Source: Eledone cirrhosa (taxonomy: Eukaryota). From it: a stretch of DNA of 64,000 bases. The position numbers and the translations under genes were made by a program. The notes under the pieces were generated by a model. The model did no database searches and was not told where the DNA came from. It saw nothing but the letters and a program-made list of their open reading frames with translations. This document shows positions 28,079-40,753 of the stretch, piece after piece. Position 1 is the first letter of the stretch; each line of letters begins with the position of its first letter. The stretch spans positions 111,600,001 to 111,664,000 of the forward strand of contig OZ024742.1 in the NCBI GenBank assembly GCA_964016885.1, given 5' to 3'.

Positions 28079-31000
28079 GGAAGAAGACGCACGTGGTGGA
28101 TAGAAGGTCGTGAAATCGCTCCCGTAAGTTTTTGATGTTTAACATATTTAAATCAATTGTGAAATAACAATTCTTATTACAAATGATACATAATGCACCA
28201 GACTCAACTATCAGAAAATTCGGATCCATACTATTCTGTCATATCACTCAAATATTTAATTTTGTATTATACATTTTATATTCAAAAAAGAAATTGGTTA
28301 TAAATGGAAGAAAATCCCCGCTGTCTACACTATATAGAACAGCCAAAGAACAGCAATTTCACCAACACCACAAACTAGATACACCACCTATCCCATCACC
28401 CCTCTGTGTACACTAAATTCAACAGCAAGATAACGGTAATTTCACCACCACCACCACCAATCCCAGCATAATAATAATAATTACTATTATTATCCTCTCA
28501 TGTTTTCACAAAATGTTTAATTCCAATATTAAGAAAATATGTCAACACATATATTAAACATACGCGACTAACCGCATAGATACGCCGATCAAACAAACTA
28601 CAGTCTATTCAACAACACGCAATAACGACAACGCCGTAACTATAGTCACCGCCGCCACCACTCCATCCATCATTGCTACCACTATCCCATCACCGCCGCC
28701 ACCAATCCTTCATTGCTACCACCGCTATTCCCCCATTACCTTCTGTTAACTTACGAAAGGGGAAGGTGGCGGTATCACTAGACAATATTAATATTTAATT
28801 TTGGATCAGGAATGTTAGAGTCAAAAAGGAGGAAAATGGCAAAATGACTAAATAACTAAATAGCTAAATGGCTAAGTGGACAGAGAAGATAATTTCACCA
28901 CCAACACCACCACCACTACCACGCTAAAAACTCTAGTCAAGTTGCCTCAACTTCTATTTATACTTCAACTTCAACACCATCACTACAGTACTACGATCAC
29001 ATCACCACCACCACTGCCTCATTATCGCTACCGCCGCTATCCTCTCCCACTACCTCCTGCTAAGTACTAATAGCACAGCACCACCACCACCACCACTGCC
29101 TCATTATCACTACCGCCGCTAATCTCTCCCACTACCTCCTGCTACATCGTAGTGTCCTCACTAAAAGAGGAAGGCATCAAAATATATAAATAGACTGATT
29201 TGATCACCCGGTCAAAAAATCAAAAAAAAAAAAAAATCAAAATCAAAGCAGCACAGCAACAACGAAAAACATAAAGAAAATAAAAATGAAAAGAAAAACA
29301 AACATACGGACAGAGAAGGGAAGGGAAAAACTAAGTCAGACATTCAAACATTACATTACAATGAAACTTATGCTTATTCTTTTTTTTTTTTTTTGTTGCC
29401 TGTTTGTTTGTTTGTTTATTTATGTCCTTCTACAGCGTGATAGTGCCACACAAAAATCACCGGGAGTGACGAAATCACCGGAGGTGATGAAATCAACGGT
29501 GGTTATGTAACCATACATTCACCAATCCTCGATAAGAGTGTTTAAATGTGGAACCTAAACAGTTCGAATAACGGTGAAGTGGAGACTAGAATGTCATGTG
29601 ACAAACTCTCACCCAGCAGATGCTTCCTGGCTCAGCAGCAGGGACCTGGCTGTCAACTAAATACTGCTGGTGTCGGAGGAAGAAGAAGAAGGAAAGGGAC
29701 CAGAACTAACTGGACGAAAGAATTGAATAGAACTGTTATGCAATGTTACCTGAAGAGTAACCCCAAGGAGAAAGGCTATAGGAAACGGATGCATAACATC
29801 TGGAACGAGATTGGTCTATTTAAATTAGATGAACAAAAATTGTCCGGGCAAGCTCGGGTAATAAGAACTAATGGGTGGATAAGCGAGCTGGTACTGGAGG
29901 AACTGAGCAGAGAGATTAGCTTGGAAATGGAGAGTGGAGTATGCCAGGCAAACGAGCCAGTGGGAAATGAAGGTGAAGAGGTTGAGAGAACAGAGGAACC
30001 ATCCGAAGCAGACAATGATCTGAATGCTGAAATAAATAATACCTGGAACAAAGATACGGCCATTGAGGAGATGAATGCTGACGGGCTAGAACAAGATTTG
30101 GTTGATATCCTAAACTTAGTGGTAGATGAATTGAACAACGATAGTGGGAAACCTATGAACCTAATATTTGTAGACAGGAAAAAGTTAAAAGAAACAACAG
30201 CTAAGGTAAACAAAGTCATCCCATACCTTGAGGCGAGGAACCTTCACCAGTGCTACAATATCCTCAAAGCAACTGTTTAGGTTCGACATTTAAACACTCT
30301 TATCGAGGATTAGTGAATGTATGGTTACATAACCACCTGTGAATTCAACGCCTCCGGTGGTTTCGTCACTCCACGTGATTTTTGTGTGGCATTATCACGC
30401 TGTAGACGAACATAAATAAACAAACAAACAAACAGGCAAAAAAAACCCTCAAAAACGAATAAGCATATGTTTCATTGTAATGTAGTGTTTGAATGTCTGG
30501 CTTAGTTTTTCCCTTCCCTTCTCTGTCCGTCTGTTTGTTCTTCTCTTCATTTTTATTTTATTTACGTTTTTCGTTGTTGCTGTGCTGCTTTGATTTTGAT
30601 TTTTGTGTTTTTGATTTTGACCGGGTCATCAATTGAGTCTTTTATATATTTTGATGCCTTCCTCTTTTAGTGGGGATTCTACAATGTAGCAGCGGGTAGC
30701 GGGAGAGAATAGCAGCGGTAGTGATAATGAGGCAGTGGTGGTGGTGATGGTGCCGGTGCTGTGCTAGCAGCAACTAGTAGGAGGTAGCGGGAGAGAATAG
30801 CGGCGGTAGCGATAATGAGGCAGTAGTGGTGGTGATGTGGTCGTATTACTGTAGTGATGGTGTTGAAGTTGGAGTAGAAATAGCGGTTGAGTCGACTTGA
30901 CCAGAGTTTTCATCGTGGTAGTGGTGGTGGTGTTGGTGGTGAAATTATCTTTAGTTATTTAGTCATTTTGTCATTTTCCTCCTTTTCGACTCTAACATTC

Positions 31001-31661
31001 CTGATCCAAAATTAAATATTAATCTTGTTTATTAATATTGTCTAGTGATACAGCCATCTTCCTTTTTCGTAAGTAATGATGGATGGGCGGCGGCGGCGGT
31101 AGCTGTAGTGATGGCGTTGTCGTTACTCAGTTTGTTGAATAGACTGTCTTTTGTTTGATCGGTGAATCTACGGGGTTAGTCGCGCATATGTGTTGACATA
31201 TTATCTTAATATTGGAATTAAACATTTTGTGAAAACTTGAGACAATAATAATAGTAATTATTATTATTATGCTGAGATTGGTGGTGGTGGTGGTGAAATT
31301 GCCGTTATCTGGCTGTTGTGTTTAGTGTACACAGAGGGGTGATGGGGTAGGTGGCGTATCTAGTTTCTGGTGTTGGTGAACTTGCTGTTATTTGGCTGTT
31401 CTATATAGTGTAGACAGCGCGGGTTTTCTTCCATTTATAACCATTTTCTTTTTTGAATATAAAATGTATAATACAAAATTGAATATTTGAGCGTTATAAC
31501 AATATATTATGGATCCGAATTTTTTTGGGACTTAAGCTGGATTCTTTATGTATCATTTGTACTAAGAATTGTTATTTCACAATTGATTTAAATATGTTAA
31601 AAATCAAAACTTACGGGAGCGTTTCACGACATTCTATTCACCATGTGCGTCTTCTTCCCTA

Positions 31662-31716
<55 letters not shown>
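28078..31716. repeat. Large inverted duplication (~1.4-1.5 kb arms: 28078-29564 / 30271-31659) bounded by (TAA)n and (ATT)n
   Basis: gggaagaagacgcacgtgg...gaacctaaacagtt mirrors aactgtttaggttc...ccatgtgcgtcttcttccc, with scattered substitutions and indels. Confidence 0.9.
29565..30270 (+). mobile_element. N-terminal ORF fragment of a second R4/Dong-like element
   Basis: Open frame RTNWTKELNRTVMQCYLKSNPKEKGYRKRMHNIW...EQKLSGQARVI..GWISELVLEEL, typical of the R4/Dong N-terminus. Both ORF ends are supplied by the inverted arms. Confidence 0.75.
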
Positions 31717-32017
31717 GTATTATTGTTGGTGTTGTTGTTAATATATCAACTCACATTTGTACCGGCGGTTGCTTATGTTGGAATGCAAATACATCTAAGA
31801 ATTTTAAAGTTATTAAAATATTACAAATTTTCTGTATAAAGACATTTTTACACCCTATATAACAGTAAATAGACATAAATTTAAGTATATATTCTACATT
31901 ATATACAGCACGACAAATACATAAACGAATAACATCAGTTTAACCTCTTATTCATTTATTCATTTATATCAGTATTCACATTTTTTAACTCTCTAATCAT
32001 ATTACTAATGCATCTGG

Positions 32018-32117
32018 TACAGTCGTCTTCGGAAAAAAGTCAGCCCGGTATTTATCAAATTATTTAAATTAAATAATTCAATTATCACCGGGCTGATTCT
32101 TTTGAGACGCCACGTAT
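32018..32117. mobile_element. Tc1/mariner-type MITE
   Basis: Imperfect TIRs gtcttcggaaaaaagtcagcccggt / accgggctgattcttttgagac, flanked by TA. Confidence 0.5.
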
Positions 32118-32461
32118 AATGTATAATGTTATGTGGCGGCCTATATTCTACTTAAATCATTAAAAACTAAAAAAAAAATACACAGACGTTCTTCATATTC
32201 TATTATATATAATGCATGTATTTATATTGTTGCCTATTTAAAACCCAGTAGTCACGTTTATAGAATCGAATTATTTCCCATGGGTTTGGTGTTTACAGCA
32301 ACGTTTCCGTTTATCGGACGCCGTGCCTCAAATATTAGCAAAACACTATAATTGTAGACAGCAAAACAATGATATATGTTTGACATTCGTTTACAAACAC
32401 GTAAACGCACGTATAAGCTCATCTGAGAACACATTCAACCCCCGCCCACACACGCACGCGC

Positions 32462-32497
<36 letters not shown>

Positions 32498-32514
32498 TTA
32501 TGTGTGTGTTTGTT

Positions 32515-32552
<38 letters not shown>

Positions 32553-32683
32553 CATACACACACATCTCTCTCTCTCTCTATATATATATATATGTATGTG
32601 TGCGTGTGTGTGTGTGTAATAAATGATGTCAGTAATCTGTGGTAACTAGGGGCGAAGCTAGTGGAAGCACTCGATACTGATAC

Positions 32684-32771
32684 GCATATCTGAAGAAATG
32701 TCGATTAAGAGTCGGGATCCGATTGCCTGATCAAACTCGAGCTCATCGCTATGGAAACAATTGTAATATGC
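32684..32771 (+). ncRNA. Hammerhead ribozyme with extended stem II (solo PLE-type terminal repeat)
   Basis: gcatat CTGAAGA [~57 nt hairpin: cgat/atcg, gagt/actc, gatc/gatc] GAAA caattg TA atatgc, then AATAAA. Perfect 6-bp stem I and palindromic stem III. Confidence 0.75.
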
Positions 32772-32823
32772 AATAAAGTTTCAGAAAATGCTACAATTCT
32801 TCTTGTCCCTCTCTCTATATATG

Positions 32824-32906
<83 letters not shown>

Positions 32907-33024
32907 CATATTTATTTATTCACCATCCGCATCTCACATGTATTTCGATAGCAATACTGATTCATAAAAAAAACTTTGCTATTACTCTCGAAATTGCTGT
33001 CGGTTTCTGATAGTAATAAAGATG

Positions 33025-33258
33025 TTTATCATATGCTTTTAATATATATTTTACTTACATCAATGTAAGCTCTTCATTAATTGAAGGTATCGGAATAGCT
33101 TAAAATAAATGTGATAAAATTGCAAAATAAAAATAAATTTTAAATTTATTTTTATTTTGCAATGTTATCACATTTATTTTGAGCTATTCCTATACCTTCA
33201 ATTAATGAAGAGCTTACATTGATGTAAGTAAAATATATATTAAAAGCATATGATAAAT
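33025..33258. repeat. Near-perfect spacerless palindrome (~115-bp arms)
   Basis: tttatcatatgcttttaat...ttgcaaaataaaaataaattt | aaatttatttttattttgcaa...attaaaagcatatgataaa. Confidence 0.9.
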
Positions 33259-33942
33259 GATTAACGGAAATGTGCCACTAAAACAAAAATCATTTAGTAA
33301 ACTGAGTAGTGTAATCACAAGGAAATGCTACAGCCGAATATATTAACATATCATAAATTAAATTCATATAGTAGGAGAAATTTCCGCTAGAAAACGTAGA
33401 AGTCAACAGGTAATATGAATACAATAATCATAATAAGTCCTTTTATAATTTGCGAATATTCATCATAGAAGCCAAACTGTTAATTGCAATGAGTATTGAA
33501 GTCACAGACGAAATGAAGGCAACATTGTAACACATACATCCGAATTTTATCTCTCATTTAACAACCAAGAAATCACGTCATAAGAACATTGCAATAGTTT
33601 TGACGGTTCGGTAAACTAGTTGAATATAATTTCCCTTAAGAAAAGGGTCCATCAAATTATATATGAAAATAATCTCTATTATTGGGACGCCATTACTCCG
33701 AGAACCAGGTCAATTCAAACATAATAAAGTCAAAAGTAATGACCTCAAGGATGTGCACATTCTTTGTAACATTTCTCAAGATTGTATGACACTAAATTGA
33801 TTTGCTTGTGTTTCGAGATCATATTTGATTTGATGAAACATTTACGAGTAGTTTATGTTGATGTTTCGTGATACATTGGAAGAGCTGAGCTTGATAAAAA
33901 GAATAGACTGTTATATAATACTACATATTATTGTTTTAATTT

Positions 33943-34200
33943 AGGGCGGTGGATTGGCCGTATCAGTAGAGAGTCGGACTCTATGCTTTGACGCAAAGCA
34001 TAGAGTCGGACTCTATGCTTTGACGCAAAGAATAGAGGCGGACTCTATGCTTTGACGCAAAGAGTTACAACCCTTTACAATATGAGTTCAAATCGCGCCG
34101 AGGTTAACTTTGCCTTTTATCCTTACGGGGTCGATAAAATAAAGTACCAGTAATGTACTGTGTATTTGCTGGCCTTGTGCCAAAAGTAGAAACAATTATT
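33943..34200 (+). mobile_element. tRNA-derived SINE with internal ~30-bp triplication
   Basis: Same family as 9763-9950. The unit tagagtcggactctatgctttgacgcaaag occurs three times between the A- and B-box regions. Confidence 0.85.
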
Positions 34201-35377
34201 TTATTATTTCTAGGAATAAACATACAACAACCTTTGCTTTCCAAATAATTTCAGTATACCTATGCTCAAATCAATTATAATTCAGTACACCTATGCAACA
34301 AATCAATTATAATTAACCCAAATACTTTAATGGTATTAATTTTACCAGCTTAGCAATCATCCATAAGAAGCGATCATAAACTGACTCTATAAACCAACCC
34401 TACAAACTACGAACCAACCCTACACATACACACAAACACACACATACACACACATGCCCACCCGAAACGCAAGCAAACATTTTCCTTCAGTGCTCAATCG
34501 CTGTATTTATTCAGAGAAACACTCTTGGGTATTAATTCATATTCAGCTATCAAAGATAACAGGATCTCTATCGTAAAGGAAACGCAAATGATATTATTCT
34601 CTCATCCACACTAATCCTCAATCCTAACCAAGAATACATGAGAAAAAATATCGAAAAATAACTGTTTGGGGTCGAACTCATGAATAATGTTGTGCATTGC
34701 AAGCGTTAGAAATAGAAAACGTGACTTATATTGTAATACATGTGTGAGGTGAGAAGCATATGTACTATTTGTGTATTTGTAAATATTTATTTAAAACAGT
34801 ATTTGAGATTATCTTGCAGGCACATTTGCTGTTCAATTTAATTTCCTGCCCGTTCAGTATCCATTCCGTGTATGTTCTTTCGACTGCTGCATTTGCCTTG
34901 ATAGATTCGCGCAGACAAACGTCACAACAGATATCTCTTAGAGCATTAAATTCAATCTTAATTTTTAAGTTTTTATTTTTTAGTTCATATTGTAATATAA
35001 TATCTCACTATGAATTTATTAATGAATACAAGATCGATAATTCCTTCCAACGCAATCAATTAAAAAACAAACAGACTGTGAGACACATTGTGTTATCATT
35101 TCAAAACAGAATTGGATTAACAATGATAAGGCTGATATTGCTAGAAATGCTAGGCCAAAGAAAAAAGACAAACATCGTACATTGATGAAAATTAATTTAA
35201 ACATTCTTCAGTTTGAAAAAACTCAATGATTATTGCTGTGACAATATTCCATCAAAGAAATTCGAAAATTTTTAAAATTACAAAACAATTTGTTTTGAGG
35301 TGAAAACAGAATAAAAATGTAATTTCGCTAGAAGCCAGGAATAGTTTAGATGGTTTACAAAAATATGTCATAGCTTA

Positions 35378-35399
35378 CATCTATCTATCTATCTATCTG

Positions 35400-35485
<86 letters not shown>
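35378..35485. repeat. (ATCT)n microsatellite
   Basis: Direct inspection. Confidence 0.95.
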
Positions 35486-35557
35486 ACTGAAATTATCATA
35501 GTATAATAAACCTTTTAAGGAATTACACCAGTCCAGCCTCCTGTTATTTTATAATAC

Positions 35558-36077
35558 ACTAGCAGTGGTACCCGGCGTTGCACGGGATAAGGTATTTTGG
35601 AACGTGGGCTGCCAACAGACCTAATCGTGGAAAAATTGTATGCCTGGACAATATGTAAAGAAAATACACCGAAAACTCTGATGGCTGGATAATCTTTAAG
35701 ATTTTCCTCGATGAAGCAGGAAAAATGCAGGTGTTCACCTAATGCAGGTTTTCACCTAATGCAGGTTTTCACCTAATAGGGGATCAAGAAAATGATTTTT
35801 TTTATGTGCATAATATGCTTTGAAATTTCGGGAAAATCGGCTAGACGGAACGCCTCCAAAAAGCCCTAAAAAGCTTTAAAAATGCAGTTTTCCACCTAAT
35901 GCGAGGGCTACTAAGTCAACACGTTGAATCTTTTTATGTGTATATCACTCCCTGAAACATAGGTAATACACATCTAAAGTTTGAAAAATATCGGTTGGGT
36001 ACTTCTCGAGTTTTAGGGATTCAACCTCACATACACACACACAGACACACACACACAGACACACACAGACACACACA

Positions 36078-36129
<52 letters not shown>

Positions 36130-36490
36130 CACACACACACACGTATACACACATACACACACACACATACATACACATACACACACACACACTCACAGAC
36201 ACCCCCAGGGAAGTGACGTAATGTAGACAGCCAGACATACATACAGATACTATAAGGGCGCGACGTTATATGTATGTATCTATCTAAAAAGAGAAAGACT
36301 AAGCATTATAGAGAGCGATCGGTAAACCGCCTAATGCCTAGGGCATTGAACATTTGAAATTTAATTTGCTCAGAACACTCCCTGAAACATATTACATTTG
36401 TAAAGTTTGAAAACAGTCGGTTGGGTGGTTCTCGAGTTTTGGGGATTCAAACTCACACACACACAGACAGACATCCTCAGATTTATATAT
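35558..36490 (+). mobile_element. Non-autonomous Helitron/Helentron-like element
   Basis: Begins ACTAGC..cccggcgttgcacggg (subterminal hairpin). Has repeated internal modules aagtttgaaaa..tcggttgggt..ttctcgagtttt and ends (CAGA)n catcctcagatttatatata. This matches the layout of Lep1/HINE-type elements. Confidence 0.55.
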
Positions 36491-36491
36491 A

Positions 36492-37051
36492 CAGGGGTTG
36501 GACAAAATAATGGAAACACCTGGCATCATAGCATCATAATTTTCAAATATCTATAAACTGTCAAAACTTGTTTATTTTTATGTTTTTTTTTATTTATTAT
36601 TAGTGTTGCTTAATATGTTTTGTTAACATTGCTATTTTTTTTTTCAGATATCATCAGAAAAAGGTAATTAAAATTCAATAAAATAACAGATCTATCGGAC
36701 TTTCAAAGAGGTCAAATTGTTGGTGCTCGTATGGCAGGCGCCAGCGTAACGAAAACAGACGAAATGTTTGGTGTATCAAGAAGTACTGTCTCGAAAGTAA
36801 TGATAGCCTTTGAGAAAGAGGGGAAAACCTCCTTGTCGAAACAAAACTCCGGAAGGAAACCAAAACATTCAGAGGGGACCGTCGGACTCTTATGCGAATT
36901 GTTAGAAAGGATCACAGAAGTACAGCTCCCAAAATTACTGCAGAGCTTAATGGCCACCTCGTGAACAATAAAAATAAACAAGCTTTTGACGGTTTTATAG
37001 ACATTTCGAAATTATGATGCTATGATGCTAGGTGTTTTTGTCCAACCCCTG
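36492..37051 (+). mobile_element. Internally deleted Tc1-like DNA transposon
   Basis: TIRs caggggttggacaaaa.../...ttttgtccaacccctg with TA flanks and inverted similarity over ~85 bp. Transposase N-terminus DLSDFQRGQIVGARMAGASVTKT...GRKPK. The right tip is duplicated (37061-37075). Confidence 0.9.
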
Positions 37052-39109
37052 TATATATATTTTGTCCAACCCCTGTATATATATATATACCATATATATA
37101 TAATGTGTGTGTTACTATATGCAGACTTGTGTGTTTAAGCATGTATTATTATTATTATAAATAAACAAATAAAAAAATAAAGAAAGAAAGCATTATAATA
37201 GAAACTGATGTAAAACTACGTCAATGATATTACATTTACGTTCATTACACCTCTGTCTCAAATGATGGTTATGACACAAAAGCAAGGCAGGTCATATGTT
37301 GTCTACATATTCATTCTAAACATGAGACCAAGAACACTAATGTCGATGTTTTCACATTAGTAAAATGGATAAATGGTTACCGACCTCAAATTCCATATCT
37401 GCATTGTAAACATTTCTGAATTTTTTTCTCATGAAAGTAAAATAAATGTTTACTCTCAAATAAATGTCATTCACTCAGAGAGTTGACTTAAAGTCCAATT
37501 AAAATCATATAATTATGAAAAAGAAAGCTAAATCCATATCATCCATAATGGTTTCCATATTTCACAATCGTCTCTACGTCTCGTAGAATGTTCTTCACTC
37601 TATTAAATATAAAATCATTTCTAATTCATATTCGAAACATTTGTTAAAAGAATATCACAATTAATTCATATGACGATTGATTGATTTATTTGAAAAAGTG
37701 TTCCGTTGGTCTAATGAAATTTCACCGTACCTGCTGTGGAAGATTCTACAGGAGGATGATATGACTGCACAATTTCCTGTTGACCCAATGTATATAGACG
37801 AATGACAAAGTATTTGTGTTCGGAAAAATACTGATAAGTCGAAGTTATTCAATGCGAACGTCTGACTGCGGCAATTGCGTATACTACCCTCTAGATAATA
37901 TACTTCACGGGCAGTATTAACACGTGCTGCCGTGCTGGAAGTGGTATCGAGACTGATGGGAGTGAGATCAGTCAGCTGGAACTAGCGGACGCCAGGGTAC
38001 TAAGTAATTCGTCAGGTGATTTCTGACGTGCACCTGATTCATTACCATAGGTAAGTCTTGGACCAAATATCGAATTGACGATAACGAAGTTTGTCTTTTA
38101 CACCTACCTCCGTTCTTCTGATGACAGAATGCCGACGCTGGTGCGTTACTGCACGAGCTCCTTGAATTTTGCACTTAATTCAGCATCCTACTTTCCACTA
38201 CTCGACTAGATTTCCTGGAATAAGTTGCGTGACGCATATTTTGATGTACTAATATATACGATTTCCGCATTATCCAATATTCTTATTATTGAAATTAGCA
38301 TTAATAATTTTTAAAAAATTGAATCGAAACATACAAATAATTGGTGATAATGAATAGTGAATATTGTCAAGAAGCAATTAATGAAATAACTTTATTCTTA
38401 TAGCTTGTAAATATATAGCTTCAGTAGATGTTTATCATATGCAGCTGCATTGAAAATTGTATCTTTCATCAGAGAAAGTAGTATGAATTTAAAATAACCA
38501 ATATTTCAACTTAGGCAATAGATTATACGTACCAGATATAATAAAAAGCAAAATACAAAAACATTATACACTGATATATGATTTATATGAAATCTGCTAA
38601 TCGGAAATTAGTGTACATCTCAGATCATCTTCTTTGAAGTAACATTTTAATCAATGTATTTCCCAACACACGACAGTGTATCCGTAGGTTCTTTTCACTT
38701 GAGAAATGCATAGTTTCTTTTAAAATTCATCTGACACAAAACAGTGTTATTTTACTTTCTGAAGCCCATCTCATCCTCAATGTTAAGTATTGATATTGAT
38801 ATCTAGATTTGAAGTATCAATAAGTTTTAGGACGTCTTCTTTATAGTATTCACGATTTTGCAGGTGTGTTGCGCACACATTGGCATAGGCGCTGATCTCT
38901 GTTTAAATATATGTATAAACGCCATTTCTGCTGTTAAATACAATCTACAAAAGCGAACGGGGACATTTTCAGTTGGCATAAAATATTATTGGTCCATTGA
39001 CACTATTAATGCATATAATTATTTCAACATATGTATACATGAACATATATAGTTATGTATACACGAAAAAGTAAGTGCACCTTTTCGTCCTTTTTCTCCA
39101 ACTTTTCTT

Positions 39110-39625
39110 CACCAACATAGCTAGTTTACAAGTTGGAAGCGTGAATGTGCGTGGCCTAGGGATGCCCTGGAAACAGGGCCAACTTTGAAACGACCTTAGG
39201 TCACACGGTATGGATGTGATAGCCATCACCGAGTCCAGGATCCACAACAGGCAGCAACTAACCCACATCTTCGACGACTATGAGATCTACGCATCACACT
39301 GTCAGCCAGGAGGTGGAGGGTGAGTGGCTGTCATGTTTCGGAAAAACCTGGACGTCGAAGTACAGCAAGTACACTTGTACCCGGAGGGTAGACTGGTAGT
39401 CCTAGACGTGAACAGTATTGGAGGTAGAGCCGTCAGACTGGTGGCCGTTTATGCCCCGACCGGGCAATCATAATCACGGCCAGAATTCTTTAAGCGTCTA
39501 GCGTCTTTTCTCGGAACGTCTCGCAGCTTACTTTTAGTGGGGGACTGGAATGGTATCCTAGAATTAACGATGGGACTATGTGGGAGCATGTCCCAGTGGA
39601 GAGGGGTGCAACAGCCTCAAAACTT
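39110..39625 (+). mobile_element. Tx1/L1-type AP-endonuclease fragment
   Basis: VGSVNVRGL, DVIAITESR, EGRLVVLDV, RLVAVYAP, LVGDWNGIL. Related to the ORF2 start of 18867-24064. Confidence 0.85.
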
Positions 39626-40318
39626 TAATCGGTGAAGACCTTATACTATTGTTTTAGAGTCGTGACAGTCTCACTTCCTTTAAATTTTCAGCAAACAAGG
39701 TGAGATAAAGCTGACAGAGCTATGTTTCGTACTGATTGGTACTTATCAAAAGCCAAGTACTCCACCTGTTTGCTGAAAATCATGAATGTTTGATTCTTAT
39801 AGAATTTCTAGTAATAATCAGGAACTGATTATACAGAGCGGTTGCCGGTCGAGCAGAAATTGAAAATTAGAATTGGCGCTCTGAAATAGCTATATATATA
39901 TATATATGAATGTATATATAGTGTATTTTGCAATACACTGTATGTTTAATTAAAAGCATCTTGAAGACCTTATGCTATTGTTTTAGAGTATATACATATG
40001 TACGTACAAATATACATATGTACATATGTACGTACGTGTTATATCGAATATTAATGATAATGTTCTATTCGTTTGTGAACAAAGACCCCGATTTGAAGCT
40101 GTGCCGTAACAGCGACTTATCATCACCTGTTTCTTCAACACTGGCTTTCAGGAACAATCAATATGTTTCTGGGTCATTACCATTCATTAGGATAATTTAC
40201 CTATGCCAGTCTGTGAAACAGTTGAAAATATATACTTCTGGGTTATATCGAACATGAATATTACTTTTCGAATCGTTTGTAAAATCCTAATTATATATAT
40301 ATATATATATATTCAAGT

Positions 40319-40358
<40 letters not shown>

Positions 40359-40390
40359 GTGTGTGTATGTGTGTGTGTGTGTGTGTGTAC

Positions 40391-40467
<77 letters not shown>

Positions 40468-40753
40468 TTGAATATGTGTAATAAGGCCAAAACAATGCAG
40501 GTATGGACATAGAAAAAAGAATGCAATAGTAAAAGATATTGTTGAGAATTCGTCTTTCACCTTGGATTTATCTAAATGTCCTTAATTTTCTAGATAATAT
40601 CTCTTCTTCGGAGGGAAATAAAGGTCTCAAACCAGCGTCTTAAATCTCTAGCCAAGCCATGCTGACCGGAAATAGTATAGAGTATCTGTTCTAACTCTAA
40701 TATCAAAGAATTAAAATTAGGTGGATAAAGAGTAGTCTCCCTTTAAGAGGGGT

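Noticed and set aside
33960-34065. CRISPR-like 30-bp repeats
   Set aside because: Contiguous tandem copies with no spacers, inside a SINE in eukaryotic DNA with no cas genes.
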